Source of the DNA: a virus
Taxonomy: Duplodnaviria; Caudoviricetes
DNA length: 64,000 nt
Direction: 5' to 3' (one strand)
IMG/VR virus record: IMGVR_UViG_3300027887_000011
Span: 7,557-71,556 of that record
Position 1 is the first letter of the stretch. Each line of letters opens with the position of its first letter. The position numbers and the translations under genes are program-made. Positions 46,690-56,346 of the stretch are shown here, one piece after another. The notes beneath the pieces are model-generated. The model saw only the letters and a list, made by a program, of their open reading frames with translations. It was not told the DNA's origin and ran no database searches.

Positions 46690-48324
46690 ATGGCATATGT
46701 AAAACCAGGCGTAGAGATTACCCAAGTACAACGAAGCTTTTCACCAAGCCTCATCGCTCCGGACCTAGGCGCAGCGTTGATAGCACCGGCTTATACAGTT
46801 GTACCTCATGAGGGTGATGGTAGTTACGCATATTATCAAACATTTAGCGCATCCGCACCTACAACGGTGAATATTTCAGGATTGACGTCTAATCATTATC
46901 TCGATAAGGATTCAATATATGTTGATCTAGTTAAACTAACTGGATCAACAACCGGTAGACTCCATCTGGATAATAATCAACTTTCTTCGCTTTCCGATGG
47001 TGGAACATCTTTTGTTGTACCATCAGGTGTAGCGTCTACAGCATGGACAGGTGCCCAGATTCGTGTTGGTTACCGCGCCCTGCGTAAAGATCTAGGAGGT
47101 TTCTATACATTTGAAGCCCTAGATAACATCGATAGTATATTTGGTGGTGGTCAAACGGTATATGACAATCCACTTCCATTTGCATTATCACTCGCTTTAA
47201 CAAATACAGTTTCTCAAGTATTTGGATATTGCATAAAAGTTGACGAGTATGCAAGCTTAGTAGGTTCCGGAACAGCCGCCTCAGAACATCAACTAGCACG
47301 AGGCGTTCTAGAAAATAACGAAGTTTATGCACTCGGGCCTTATACAAACGATACATCAATTATAGCGGCATATACATCACACTGCAATAGCATGTCATTG
47401 CCAACTGAAAAACATGAGCGTATTGTGGTAGCTTCTCCTGAAATTACGTTCTATGATGCACAAGACGGTATCGTGGCCAGCTCTACATTGGCTGATAAAG
47501 CAGCGACCGCACGTAAGTTACGTGATGCAGCAGTTGCAGTTATGAATAAGAGAACATTCTATGTTCGTCCAGACGTTACTTATTTCAAAGTTAACCAGGT
47601 ACAAGTGCAAAAACTGAATCCAACCTTCTTAGATGCAACATACAATCTAGGGGAAACGATTTATGCAAAACTGGCAGTGTCAACGAACATCACTTTAACC
47701 GATGGTACTACAAAGTACTATAGTGCAAATACAGACATTACACCAACTGTATATACATATCTTAAAGATGCACAGAATGCTTATAAATTTGATGCTCTAA
47801 TTCCAGCACCAGGTTATTATCTGGCCGCATCAATCGTAGGACAAATCTCAGGACAACAGCCGGAGCAGGGACATACCAATCTTCCGATCGCAGGTCCGTT
47901 TGCTCTGAAATTCTCCACAGATTACTTTAGTGAATCAAATCTGAATACGATTGCTGAGGGTGGAAATTACATCATGACAAATGTTGGCGGATCGATCGCA
48001 TCTCGTCATCAACTCTCAACGAATATGAATTCCGTTGAAGAGCGTGAATTAAGTATTACAAAGACTGTGGACTTCGTGGCTAAGTTTATCCGCTCGTCCC
48101 TAGTCGGGTTCATTGGCCGTTCACTTATCACTCCAGGATTCTTATCAGTAGTTGGGGCGATTGTTAATGGTCTAGGATCGACCTTGATGAAGGAAGGACA
48201 CCTAAACGGGTTCAAACTGAACGGGGTTAAGCAGGATGAAGTGCAGAAGGATGTTGTTAGAGTATCCCTCGAAATTCAGCCGAAATATCCTGTGAACTAT
48301 ATTAAAGTTGACCTGATATTCTAA
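46690..48324 (+). CDS. tail sheath protein
   Basis: YVKPGVEI N-terminus; RELSITKTVDFV..FIGR..VRVSLEIQPKYPVNYIKV C-terminal sheath signature. Confidence 0.88.
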   Translation: MAYVKPGVEITQVQRSFSPSLIAPDLGAALIAPAYTVVPHEGDGSYAYYQTFSASAPTTVNISGLTSNHYLDKDSIYVDLVKLTGSTTGRLHLDNNQLSSLSDGGTSFVVPSGVASTAWTGAQIRVGYRALRKDLGGFYTFEALDNIDSIFGGGQTVYDNPLPFALSLALTNTVSQVFGYCIKVDEYASLVGSGTAASEHQLARGVLENNEVYALGPYTNDTSIIAAYTSHCNSMSLPTEKHERIVVASPEITFYDAQDGIVASSTLADKAATARKLRDAAVAVMNKRTFYVRPDVTYFKVNQVQVQKLNPTFLDATYNLGETIYAKLAVSTNITLTDGTTKYYSANTDITPTVYTYLKDAQNAYKFDALIPAPGYYLAASIVGQISGQQPEQGHTNLPIAGPFALKFSTDYFSESNLNTIAEGGNYIMTNVGGSIASRHQLSTNMNSVEERELSITKTVDFVAKFIRSSLVGFIGRSLITPGFLSVVGAIVNGLGSTLMKEGHLNGFKLNGVKQDEVQKDVVRVSLEIQPKYPVNYIKVDLIF

Positions 48325-48337
48325 GGAGAAATGAAAC

Positions 48338-48988
48338 ATGGCAATAGTTTGGGATTTTAGAAATTCGCATGTAGACGAAACAGCTATGAATCAGGATGGT
48401 TCTTCAACAGGTCCAAGAGGGAATTATATTTCATCTGAATCTATACTTCTTGCAGCAGGACCTGCTACCTATTCACAAGCTTCAGATTTAGATTTGGCTC
48501 CTATCGGTGTTTGCGATACGATCCAAATTCTACAAAATAAGGGCGTTATTCAACTCTATGAAATCGGATCACGTCTTCCATATATTATTCCGGGACGTCC
48601 TGTAATTCAATTACAGGTTTCTCGCGTTCTGTTCAACGGAGATTCCCTACTTGGTGCTCTTACAAAGAAGAGTGGGGCCGAAGCTACAGATTTCGAGACA
48701 AACGTTGCTGGAAAACCTGGCGTAGATTTCGATGTCAATGGTGTTGCTGGCGCAGAAACACAAGGTAAGTTCTATCTTAACCTTGCATCTCACTTCTTTA
48801 ACCAGCCGACCGGTCTAGCAGTATTCTTTAAGGACTCGGAATCGCAGTGGGTGGCAGCGTATTATGCAGAAAACTGCATTATACAAAACCATTCGATGGC
48901 TATACAAGGACAAAACATGGTTGTTATGGAGAATGCGCAGATTCGTTGCACAGGATTCATACCTATGGAAAGCCCTACACCGGGTTAA
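48338..48988 (+). CDS. tail tube protein
   Basis: Follows the sheath; QLYEIGS..YIIPG..QLQVSRVLF; NCIIQNHSM. Confidence 0.75.
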   Translation: MAIVWDFRNSHVDETAMNQDGSSTGPRGNYISSESILLAAGPATYSQASDLDLAPIGVCDTIQILQNKGVIQLYEIGSRLPYIIPGRPVIQLQVSRVLFNGDSLLGALTKKSGAEATDFETNVAGKPGVDFDVNGVAGAETQGKFYLNLASHFFNQPTGLAVFFKDSESQWVAAYYAENCIIQNHSMAIQGQNMVVMENAQIRCTGFIPMESPTPG

Positions 48989-49004
48989 TATGTCTTATTA
49001 GGGT

Positions 49005-49044
49005 AAAAAAAGAAGGCCCGGGTTTATCACTCGGGCCTTTTTTT
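49005..49044. terminator. bidirectional intrinsic terminator
   Basis: A7-GAAGGCCCGGG-TTTATCA-CTCGGGCC-T7 between the convergent arms. Confidence 0.85.
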
Positions 49045-49480
49045 ATTTCGTAAAGTGCTTCTCTAATTCAGCAAAGGAGCCGAAAATACCCCCATGTGAC
49101 TTTTCTGCTATATACTTTAACCAGGGATGGTTAGGCCAATCGGGCGTAATGATGTATACAGGCTTACCCTTCAAATAGGTATCCCACAACTCCATTTGTG
49201 TGCCAATTGTGTGCACAGTCTTTTCAACCCAACCTACCGTACCATCACAGTTGTCGATGGCGTGGATGTCGTCTTCAACGATTCGGTGGTAGTCTAGTTG
49301 ATCAGACCATGCGTTTCTGGTTGCTTTATCGAGGGATTTTATATCCTCGGTTTCATGAGATTCGCCCTTTGGATCATAGAACGGATTCAGCAGTTCTATA
49401 CCAGTATTTTTTTCAAACTGGAGTTCTTGTGTGCGTATTTCATGTCTAGCTTTTAACGGATGTGCTAAGTAAAATCTCAT
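49043..49480 (-). CDS. nucleoside 2-deoxyribosyltransferase/nucleotide hydrolase-like protein
   Basis: YLAHPL, LLNPF, DIHAIDNCD, GTQMEL..GKPVY. Confidence 0.7.
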   Translation of the reverse strand: MRFYLAHPLKARHEIRTQELQFEKNTGIELLNPFYDPKGESHETEDIKSLDKATRNAWSDQLDYHRIVEDDIHAIDNCDGTVGWVEKTVHTIGTQMELWDTYLKGKPVYIITPDWPNHPWLKYIAEKSHGGIFGSFAELEKHFTK

Positions 49481-50097
49481 AGGTTCATTATCTCCATTAG
49501 GTAGTCCCCAGCCTCATCGACCGTAGTGTCCGAGGTATCAACCCAATAATCATATTCTCCCCGTGCCAGGATCTCTTCGATACCCGTTTCCGAGGCGTGT
49601 TGTAATATACTGGGATCTATATCTCCATAGAGGGTCGTAAGCCTCTTCCATTGGACTTCCAGGCTTACTAGAACCGCAACACTAATCCAATCCTTTGATC
49701 TGAAGTAATCAAATTCATTTGGAAATCGAATGTCGTCTATACAAACATTTTGATGTTGAGATGCTCTATAGTCTCCTAAACGAATCCATATGTCATCTGA
49801 TATTCTCTGACGAGCTCCCTCCGTCCCTATAAACTGTAAACGTTTTCTAGGTTTTGGGGTTTCTCGGGGAATCCGTTCTGCTTCTTCCAATATCTTACAA
49901 AACATGGCCTTCTGCATTGGATCCAGAATGGCCATGTGTTTGTTCGTTATTTCTATAGGAGACAGTTTCCCTAACTCTATTTCAATTTCTTTTATAGGAT
50001 CGGCTAATGCTATTCTTGTAAAACCTCGATGAACGACCAGGTGATTAGCTAAAGATGTTTTGCCTGACGTCATCTTTCCAGTAAACATTATTTTCAT
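49477..50097 (-). CDS. deoxynucleoside monophosphate kinase
   Basis: GKMTSGKT P-loop, LADPIK, RKRLQFIGTE..R, DDIRFPNE, HASE. Confidence 0.85.
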   Translation of the reverse strand: MKIMFTGKMTSGKTSLANHLVVHRGFTRIALADPIKEIEIELGKLSPIEITNKHMAILDPMQKAMFCKILEEAERIPRETPKPRKRLQFIGTEGARQRISDDIWIRLGDYRASQHQNVCIDDIRFPNEFDYFRSKDWISVAVLVSLEVQWKRLTTLYGDIDPSILQHASETGIEEILARGEYDYWVDTSDTTVDEAGDYLMEIMNL

Positions 50098-50103
50098 GTA
50101 ATC

Positions 50104-51930
50104 TTATTTGCTCCAGCACGTATCAATCTTACCCTCAACTTCAACGGGTACATTGAACATAAATTCTTTTGCCGCACCAATCATATCATCGACAACGATC
50201 TTATAGATCTCATCGGCAATATCTTTATGGGTACGTACAATTATTTCATCATGAACTGTTCCAACAATCTGGGCATCTTTACCCATAAGATGCTCTCGGA
50301 TTCTGGTGAGTGCGCGTTTAGTGATAGTGGCGTTTCCGGCTTGCATAGGAAAATTCATACACATATTTCTAACTCGGGCTTGTTCTTTTGGATTGTCCAA
50401 ATCAAAGCCATCAAGCCAGCGCAAGCGTCCATCATAAGGACAACGGACACACTTATCATTCATACACTTAGCTACATGAGCATCAAAAAATTTCTTGATA
50501 CTCGGGAAATTTCTCCAGAAAGCCGAGACCAATTCACGTGCTTTATCGAAAGGAAGGTTGGCTTCCCTTGCGAGTTTTTTCGGTCCCATACCATAGCCGA
50601 TTCCAAAATTAAGGGATTTGGCTGGCTGTCGTAGATGATAGTTCTCGCCTGGATCAGTGGGGCCGTTAGTACCAGGCTTTCTAATAGGAACTCCATAAAG
50701 AATTGAACCATTAATAGCATGAAGATCTCCCTTATCGATGAATACCTGTATCCATTTTGGTTCCTTTGAAAGATCCGCAAGAATACGAAGTTCCATTCCA
50801 GAATAATCGACTGTGATAAGTCTATAGTCTGGATCTCCCGAAGTAAAGGCTTCTCGATAGACTTTCTCTCTAGGTATGTTTTGTAGATTCGGATTAGCGC
50901 TCGAGAACCTACCCGTATCAGTATATAACTGACTAAAGTCAGAATGGATACGACCTGTAACGGGATTAATATATTCTAGGAAAGCTGATCCATAGGTAGT
51001 AATACGCTTCTCTTTTTCACGATAAGCTAGAAGAGCTTTAATAGCGGGATGATCAATTTCTTTTAATGCGGCTTCTGCAGTTGAGGATAATCCTTCTGCG
51101 GGTTTTCCTACAACAGATTTGATAGCCGGAAGTAATTGTTTGGGACTATTGTAATTTATATTACAATTTCCAAACATATCTTTTCCATAGATAGGAGAAA
51201 AAAACTCGTTGAGTTTTTCCATAGCTGTAAGTTTTGCAGCCTTAGCGTTCTCTTCAGCTTTCAGCCATTTAACCTTATCTATAAACATACCCGCTAATTC
51301 CATATCTCCGATAGCCGGTATTGTAGCCATTTCAATAACCGATACTTTTTCTAAGCCGTGTTTACGTATAAAACGCATCTGCTCTTCTCTTAGCTTGTGT
51401 AGATACGCTACGTCCATGGCTGAATAGTATAACTGAGGCTCTGTAAAAGAATCGCCGTATACCATTTTGAGAAAGCTCTTACGTATATCTTTATCCATCT
51501 TCACGCCAAGGTATTTATCGGCTATATCATCTAATGCAAATCCTTGTAACTTCCTTCCCTTCAATAGCAACATCTCCGCAATCATAGTATCAAAGACTGG
51601 CTCAAGTGCTATTCCAAAAGACCTACGGAAGAACTTATAATCAAATTTTGCATTGTGTACTATCTTAATTATCTGAGGATTGGCTAGTACATTTAGGAGG
51701 GGTTCGAGGTTGCTCTCAAGCTTTGCTACATCGAACACAAATTGGGTGTCGGTATTGCCGGCGCTTATCAGAAGAACTTTATCGGTTATGGGCTCACTTC
51801 CAGTTGTTTCAGTGTCCACACCTATAGACAATAAGGTAGATAAAAATCTAACAGCTTTATCGTAGTCTTCTCCGAGTTTATCAATAAATTTCCACGTTGA
51901 CATTAGTTTGTGTTGTTTTACGTCGCTCAT
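50104..51930 (-). CDS. polA: family A DNA polymerase (3'-5' exonuclease + polymerase; no 5' nuclease)
   Basis: Exo DTETT/HNAKFD/YSAMD; motif A DYSGMELR, motif B RQPAKSLNFGIGYG, motif C VHDEI. Confidence 0.93.
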   Translation of the reverse strand: MSDVKQHKLMSTWKFIDKLGEDYDKAVRFLSTLLSIGVDTETTGSEPITDKVLLISAGNTDTQFVFDVAKLESNLEPLLNVLANPQIIKIVHNAKFDYKFFRRSFGIALEPVFDTMIAEMLLLKGRKLQGFALDDIADKYLGVKMDKDIRKSFLKMVYGDSFTEPQLYYSAMDVAYLHKLREEQMRFIRKHGLEKVSVIEMATIPAIGDMELAGMFIDKVKWLKAEENAKAAKLTAMEKLNEFFSPIYGKDMFGNCNINYNSPKQLLPAIKSVVGKPAEGLSSTAEAALKEIDHPAIKALLAYREKEKRITTYGSAFLEYINPVTGRIHSDFSQLYTDTGRFSSANPNLQNIPREKVYREAFTSGDPDYRLITVDYSGMELRILADLSKEPKWIQVFIDKGDLHAINGSILYGVPIRKPGTNGPTDPGENYHLRQPAKSLNFGIGYGMGPKKLAREANLPFDKARELVSAFWRNFPSIKKFFDAHVAKCMNDKCVRCPYDGRLRWLDGFDLDNPKEQARVRNMCMNFPMQAGNATITKRALTRIREHLMGKDAQIVGTVHDEIIVRTHKDIADEIYKIVVDDMIGAAKEFMFNVPVEVEGKIDTCWSK

Positions 51931-51942
51931 TACACGACGAGA

Positions 51943-52710
51943 TTAATCCTTAAGATTATCTAAACGCTTTCTACGGTTAAGCCTTCTTAAGGTTTTGAGA
52001 GCACGCATCTTTATTTGACGCACACGTTCTCTCGTAAGGTTGAGCCGTTCTCCTACTTCTTCTAGTGTATAGGAGCGCTCGTAATCAATTCCGTATAACA
52101 TCTTTAAAATTATAACTTCCCGTTCTTCTAATTGCTCCAATACTATCTCCAATTCCTGTTTAAAGGCTTGATGCATAAGAGCACTATCGGGAGCGGGTAT
52201 ATCTGAGTTTATAAGAGTATCGAGCAATATTGTCGTACTATCATTACTTTGATGAACAGGTGTATGATAGCTAACACTATATTGGTTGTATACTTCATCT
52301 GATTCAAGATTCATTTCATGTAGAATCTCTTGTTCTGAAGGCTCGCGCTGTAGAGTTTGAGATAATTCAGATTTTGTTTTCTTGACCTGCTCAAGAATGT
52401 TAACACGATTAGCTGGTAATCGTATATGTCTGTTATGTTCCGCTAAGCTTTGAAGAATCGATTGTTTTATCCACCAACTGGCATAGGTTAAAAATTTAGT
52501 ACCAAGTTTTGGATCAAATTTTTCAATAGCCTTTAACAAACCTATATAGCCTTCTTGCATCAAATCTGCTAGGTCCATACCTTGATTTTGATACTGTCTG
52601 GCAATACCCGCTACGAACCGTGTATTCATCTTCACTAAAGCAGATTTGGCGGCCTCGTTTCCACTTTGGGCGAGTACCGCCAACTCTGTCTGATCTAGTA
52701 CTTGGTCCAT
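51943..52710 (-). CDS. RpoD/RpoS-like sigma-70 factor (regions 2-4)
   Basis: NTRFVAGIARQYQNQG..DLMQEG, FLTYASWWIKQSI, IRLP, TLEEVG..LTRERVRQI; start moved to ATG 52710 to avoid a 190-nt overlap. Confidence 0.9.
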   Translation of the reverse strand: MDQVLDQTELAVLAQSGNEAAKSALVKMNTRFVAGIARQYQNQGMDLADLMQEGYIGLLKAIEKFDPKLGTKFLTYASWWIKQSILQSLAEHNRHIRLPANRVNILEQVKKTKSELSQTLQREPSEQEILHEMNLESDEVYNQYSVSYHTPVHQSNDSTTILLDTLINSDIPAPDSALMHQAFKQELEIVLEQLEEREVIILKMLYGIDYERSYTLEEVGERLNLTRERVRQIKMRALKTLRRLNRRKRLDNLKD

Positions 52711-52717
52711 ATGATGA

Positions 52718-53455
52718 TTAGTGTACCTCCGCGGCGTTTTGAAGGACATCGATAACATAGCTGATGTTCTTAGGTTCTTGTTTCTTTGCATATTGTGATT
52801 TGGTGTTTTCGGGACCTTGTTGATATGCGGAGATTCCATACTTAATATTTCCTCCAAACATATCCGTATAATCCCTAAGAACTTTGGCCGAAGCCAACCC
52901 ATTTTCAATCGGATCCAGCAGACGCAATTCTGTCATACTCGGATCATAATGGGTTTTAGCAGTCCTTAAGTGAATTTGCCCAAGACCAAATGCTCGATAT
53001 GATCCCGGTATAATTCTACCGTTCGCATCTGTGCGACCATCTCCTTTCGCCTGTGGATTTACTGCGCTTTCACGCATCCACAAACCATAGAGAATGTTCC
53101 ACTTGATGTTATAACGAGCACCTGCTTCTTTAGCTAATTCTTTAAAGAACTCCTGTTGAAGACTAGCACGTACAGAATCCATTGATAGCATATTTGCTTC
53201 AAGTAATTTTCCATACGCTAACAAAGATGGTAAATCGTGCTTTGCTTCATATTGGCTTTTAGCTTCCTCTATAGTAAGCGGTACGGTATTTTGTACCACC
53301 GTTGAATCGTTTCTAAGAGAAAGGCTAATCGTCTCAGAACTATCTGTTATAGCATAGATAGTCACTAAAGCGATGGCCAACAGGACTGCTATGAGTCCAT
53401 ATGATTTCCGTCCTATGATATGACTATCCCTCCTTTTTAAGGTATTGTTGTACAT
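52718..53455 (-). CDS. lytic transglycosylase (SLT) with N-terminal membrane anchor
   Basis: LIAVLLAIALVTIYA TM; MRES (catalytic Glu), AFGLGQI, AYQQG. Confidence 0.8.
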   Translation of the reverse strand: MYNNTLKRRDSHIIGRKSYGLIAVLLAIALVTIYAITDSSETISLSLRNDSTVVQNTVPLTIEEAKSQYEAKHDLPSLLAYGKLLEANMLSMDSVRASLQQEFFKELAKEAGARYNIKWNILYGLWMRESAVNPQAKGDGRTDANGRIIPGSYRAFGLGQIHLRTAKTHYDPSMTELRLLDPIENGLASAKVLRDYTDMFGGNIKYGISAYQQGPENTKSQYAKKQEPKNISYVIDVLQNAAEVH

Positions 53456-53720
53456 AAGGCTTCCTTTTCTTATACCATATAGTAAATCCTACGCCGAGCC
53501 CTCCCCCGATTGCGTAAGATATTCCGTTCATCCAGAAGTACATAGCTTCTGCAGGAATAAGGTAATGCCAAATGGTTGCGGCTAGTATGGTGTTAATTGC
53601 GGCTAGCGCTCCACTTAGGATCGGCCTTCTTTCAATAATAGAGATAGCATGCCAAGTGATTAAAAGGTCTTGCACAAGACCTATAAAGAAATACAATACT
53701 ATAGTTTCTGCAAGACCCAT
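53424..53720 (-). CDS. small multi-pass membrane protein
   Basis: Three hydrophobic segments; YAIGGGLG. Confidence 0.6.
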   Translation of the reverse strand: MGLAETIVLYFFIGLVQDLLITWHAISIIERRPILSGALAAINTILAATIWHYLIPAEAMYFWMNGISYAIGGGLGVGFTIWYKKRKPYVQQYLKKEG

Positions 53721-53723
53721 AAC

Positions 53724-54026
53724 CTACTCTCCCCTCGGACAATTATGAAACGCTACTCCAAGCCCCGTAAACGCAGCAGATTTGACTCTATAAACAGTTG
53801 GTTCCATCTTTAACTTATCTGCAGCTTCCAGTAAGAAAAAGAGGTTCGGCACATTTGTATCCACCGGTATATCTAGTTTATCATTCCCGGTAACTACCCC
53901 AGGAACAAACATCTTATTCATCCAGATATAATGAGCACTTCCAGGCTCAGCCGTTGTTTCATATGCATAACCACCTGTCATTAGAGAACGTTTCAAATCT
54001 TCGAATTTTAAGTCTATGATTATCAT
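53724..54026 (-). CDS. hypothetical protein
   Basis: 100-aa ORF in the coupled gene run. Confidence 0.55.
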   Translation of the reverse strand: MIIIDLKFEDLKRSLMTGGYAYETTAEPGSAHYIWMNKMFVPGVVTGNDKLDIPVDTNVPNLFFLLEAADKLKMEPTVYRVKSAAFTGLGVAFHNCPRGE

Positions 54027-55270
54027 TCTTCAGCTACACATTCCTCGGGCTTTTTATCTTCCCGTATTCTTTGTATAATACCAAATTCCAGCTTCCCGGT
54101 GTCATCGTGAACGGACTGGTACTCTACTTCAACGACAAAGGGGATCTTCCGCTTCTGGGTGGTTATTTCTTTGGTCAGTTGTTTAAGCTGGTCATGATCT
54201 AATGTACCAGGGCCGACATATCCCCTATCGATCACATGAGGACCGGTTGGTAAACCGGGCGTATTTGGACCGTATTCTATTATATGAAATTTTGAGAAGA
54301 AAGTCGAGTGCTTTCCACTTTTTCCTTTAAGTGCCTCATCCACAACAAAATCGCCGGTTTGAGTGAACTTGAATTTGTAGGATCCTTGTCGATGGGCCTT
54401 ACCATCCATAGAATAAGAGATCTGGGATTTTTCTGGGTGGCGAAGGACAAATCCTTCCCAACCTGCTTTTCTCGCAGCCTCTACCATCGAACTGGTGGGG
54501 CCAAACCATTGAAGGAAATCTACTACACCATTCAACTTCATCGACTTCAGAATTGACCATCTATCTGTATACTTTTTATCCCCAACGAATTGATTTTTGA
54601 AGAAGAGGATGTCGAAGGGCTTACACGAAAATGTGCCCTCTTTGGAGAGTTCGGTATAACGCTTGGAAGCCTCGTCGGGATCCTCATTCCTAATAACCTG
54701 AGCAACGAAACGAGGGATTTCTCTGTCAAGTTTCGTATGATGAAAAACAATCTCGGTGAGAATAAAATCGCCCGCATTAATAAAGGCCAGCTGTTCTTTG
54801 ATGAATGGTAATCCCGAGCATGTTTCAGTAAGGTCTTCCATTCGTCGGGAGTACACTTTTTCCTTCCGGCTACCCTTAACAAGGAACACACAATGACCAT
54901 TATGCTTTCGCTGGGCGATTGTGGAAGTGCTCTCAAGGATGGAGGCTGGGCATTCGGAGATGGGCTTAACTGGACAAAATTCTGAAGGAATGTCGTCAAG
55001 GTCGATTTTTGATATGACCGTTTTCCCGGTGGGTACATCTTCGGAATAGCCCTCCTTTTTCTTTAGTGTAATCTTGGACTCCATCTCTGCTTTTGCTTGT
55101 TCAGCGGCAGTCTTTTCGTTGGCTTTTCCCTCATTCATTGGCTTACAAACTTTTATGGTCTTCTGGATCTTTCCACCCAGAGTACCCCATTCAGTTACCA
55201 GCTTGGAGCCGTCTGTATGAATGTCAAGGAACTTGGTTTTTCCGGTTCGTGACTTTTGATATAGTTTCAT
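54023..55270 (-). CDS. ATP-dependent DNA ligase with WGR-like N-terminus
   Basis: EWGTLGG..KKKEGY; QRKHNG (motif I), LTEIV, PFDIL, WEGFVLR, YKFK, VGPGT, RIREDK. Confidence 0.85.
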   Translation of the reverse strand: MKLYQKSRTGKTKFLDIHTDGSKLVTEWGTLGGKIQKTIKVCKPMNEGKANEKTAAEQAKAEMESKITLKKKEGYSEDVPTGKTVISKIDLDDIPSEFCPVKPISECPASILESTSTIAQRKHNGHCVFLVKGSRKEKVYSRRMEDLTETCSGLPFIKEQLAFINAGDFILTEIVFHHTKLDREIPRFVAQVIRNEDPDEASKRYTELSKEGTFSCKPFDILFFKNQFVGDKKYTDRWSILKSMKLNGVVDFLQWFGPTSSMVEAARKAGWEGFVLRHPEKSQISYSMDGKAHRQGSYKFKFTQTGDFVVDEALKGKSGKHSTFFSKFHIIEYGPNTPGLPTGPHVIDRGYVGPGTLDHDQLKQLTKEITTQKRKIPFVVEVEYQSVHDDTGKLEFGIIQRIREDKKPEECVAEE

Positions 55271-55281
55271 AGTGTACCCAT

Positions 55282-55320
55282 AAAAAAATAAAAAAGTGGG
55301 AAGCCCGACTACTCCCCACT
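55282..55320 (-). terminator. intrinsic terminator ending the Ubl cassette
   Basis: - strand AGTGGGGAGTAGTCGGGCTTCCCACTTTTTTATTTTTT directly after the ThiF stop. Confidence 0.7.
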
Positions 55321-55921
55321 AGAACATATTGTTAAACACGGGAGGATTCTCCTCTTCGCGTACGAAGTTCAGGAAATACTGAGCGGTGATAATCGCCGCT
55401 ATCTGATTCCCCAGCTGGATGATTCCCGCCGTAAGTTCGTATTCTCTCTGGCATGAAGTACCCTTTGAGTTCTTGTCGGGAAGGGTTTTCAACATGGCCT
55501 CGAGTGTATTCTTTTTGTTTTTTGTATAGATGACAACGCCTTGCCCTTCGGCACGAACGTCGATCCAGTACTTTTCGTCGTGCTTATCTACATGGCGAAA
55601 CATCATTTCCCTGAAGTCTCTGTTATCTACACAACAAATAATAACGTCAAAGCCCTCCAGGTCTTTAACATCCTTGACATATCGAGTTTTAGCCTGAAAG
55701 TCATAGCGGTCAGCCATGACTTTGGATTTCTTCTCCAGAATGTCTTTCGTCTCGTAGTCTTGATAAAGCGTATTCTTTTTCTCAACATCATCGCCATCGA
55801 AGACCGTGAAGGATATTCCATCGGGTATTTGACTCTTTTGTATTAGTCTGTGAATATGACGTAGGAACCAGGAACCGTTGCCCCCGGCTCCTACGACTAT
55901 AACTCTTAGATTATTTCTCAA
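55319..55921 (-). CDS. ThiF/E1-like adenylyltransferase
   Basis: VVGAGGNGS, FDGDDVEKKNTLYQ, KKSK, CCVDN..R, candidate catalytic Cys in GTSCQ. Confidence 0.9.
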   Translation of the reverse strand: MRNNLRVIVVGAGGNGSWFLRHIHRLIQKSQIPDGISFTVFDGDDVEKKNTLYQDYETKDILEKKSKVMADRYDFQAKTRYVKDVKDLEGFDVIICCVDNRDFREMMFRHVDKHDEKYWIDVRAEGQGVVIYTKNKKNTLEAMLKTLPDKNSKGTSCQREYELTAGIIQLGNQIAAIITAQYFLNFVREEENPPVFNNMF

Positions 55922-56346
55922 AGCATTAACTCCAATTTCCTGAATTCGTTTCCGTTCCAGTAGAAGCCTAAAAGCTGTTCGTGAAGCACGCTGTAGATAA
56001 GATATGCTCCATGATACAGACCGCTAGCCGCTCCATTCCAATCCGCGATTGAGGGATATGGTCTGTCATAATAATGAGAGTGGATAATACCAATATAATC
56101 CTTGGGCCCCTTCTCACTAAACAGACGCGTATCCTCTACCGAGTTAAGGAAGTCTACAGGATCCATAATGAATCCCGCAGCTTTATCGGGAGCAATATTC
56201 TTAATCATTCTAAGTTCATCTACTGTACCGCTTAAATTTTCGGAAGTGCCTACCAATACCGCACACACTTCATCTCCACCACTCCCATTAGCCTCTTTCC
56301 GAAATTTAAGTTGTAGCTCTTCAGGAAAGCCTAATAAGTGTATCAT
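55918..56346 (-). CDS. JAB/MPN+ (JAMM) metalloprotease
   Basis: DEVCAVLVG (Glu) plus HSHYYDRPYPSIAD, an exact HxH-x7-S-x2-D; start moved to ATG 56346. Confidence 0.9.
   Translation of the reverse strand: MIHLLGFPEELQLKFRKEANGSGGDEVCAVLVGTSENLSGTVDELRMIKNIAPDKAAGFIMDPVDFLNSVEDTRLFSEKGPKDYIGIIHSHYYDRPYPSIADWNGAASGLYHGAYLIYSVLHEQLLGFYWNGNEFRKLELML

Noticed and set aside
52711-52908. 66-aa N-terminal extension of the sigma factor in the ORF track
   Set aside because: It overlaps the catalytic C-terminal part of the transglycosylase gene; ATG 52710 is the parsimonious start.
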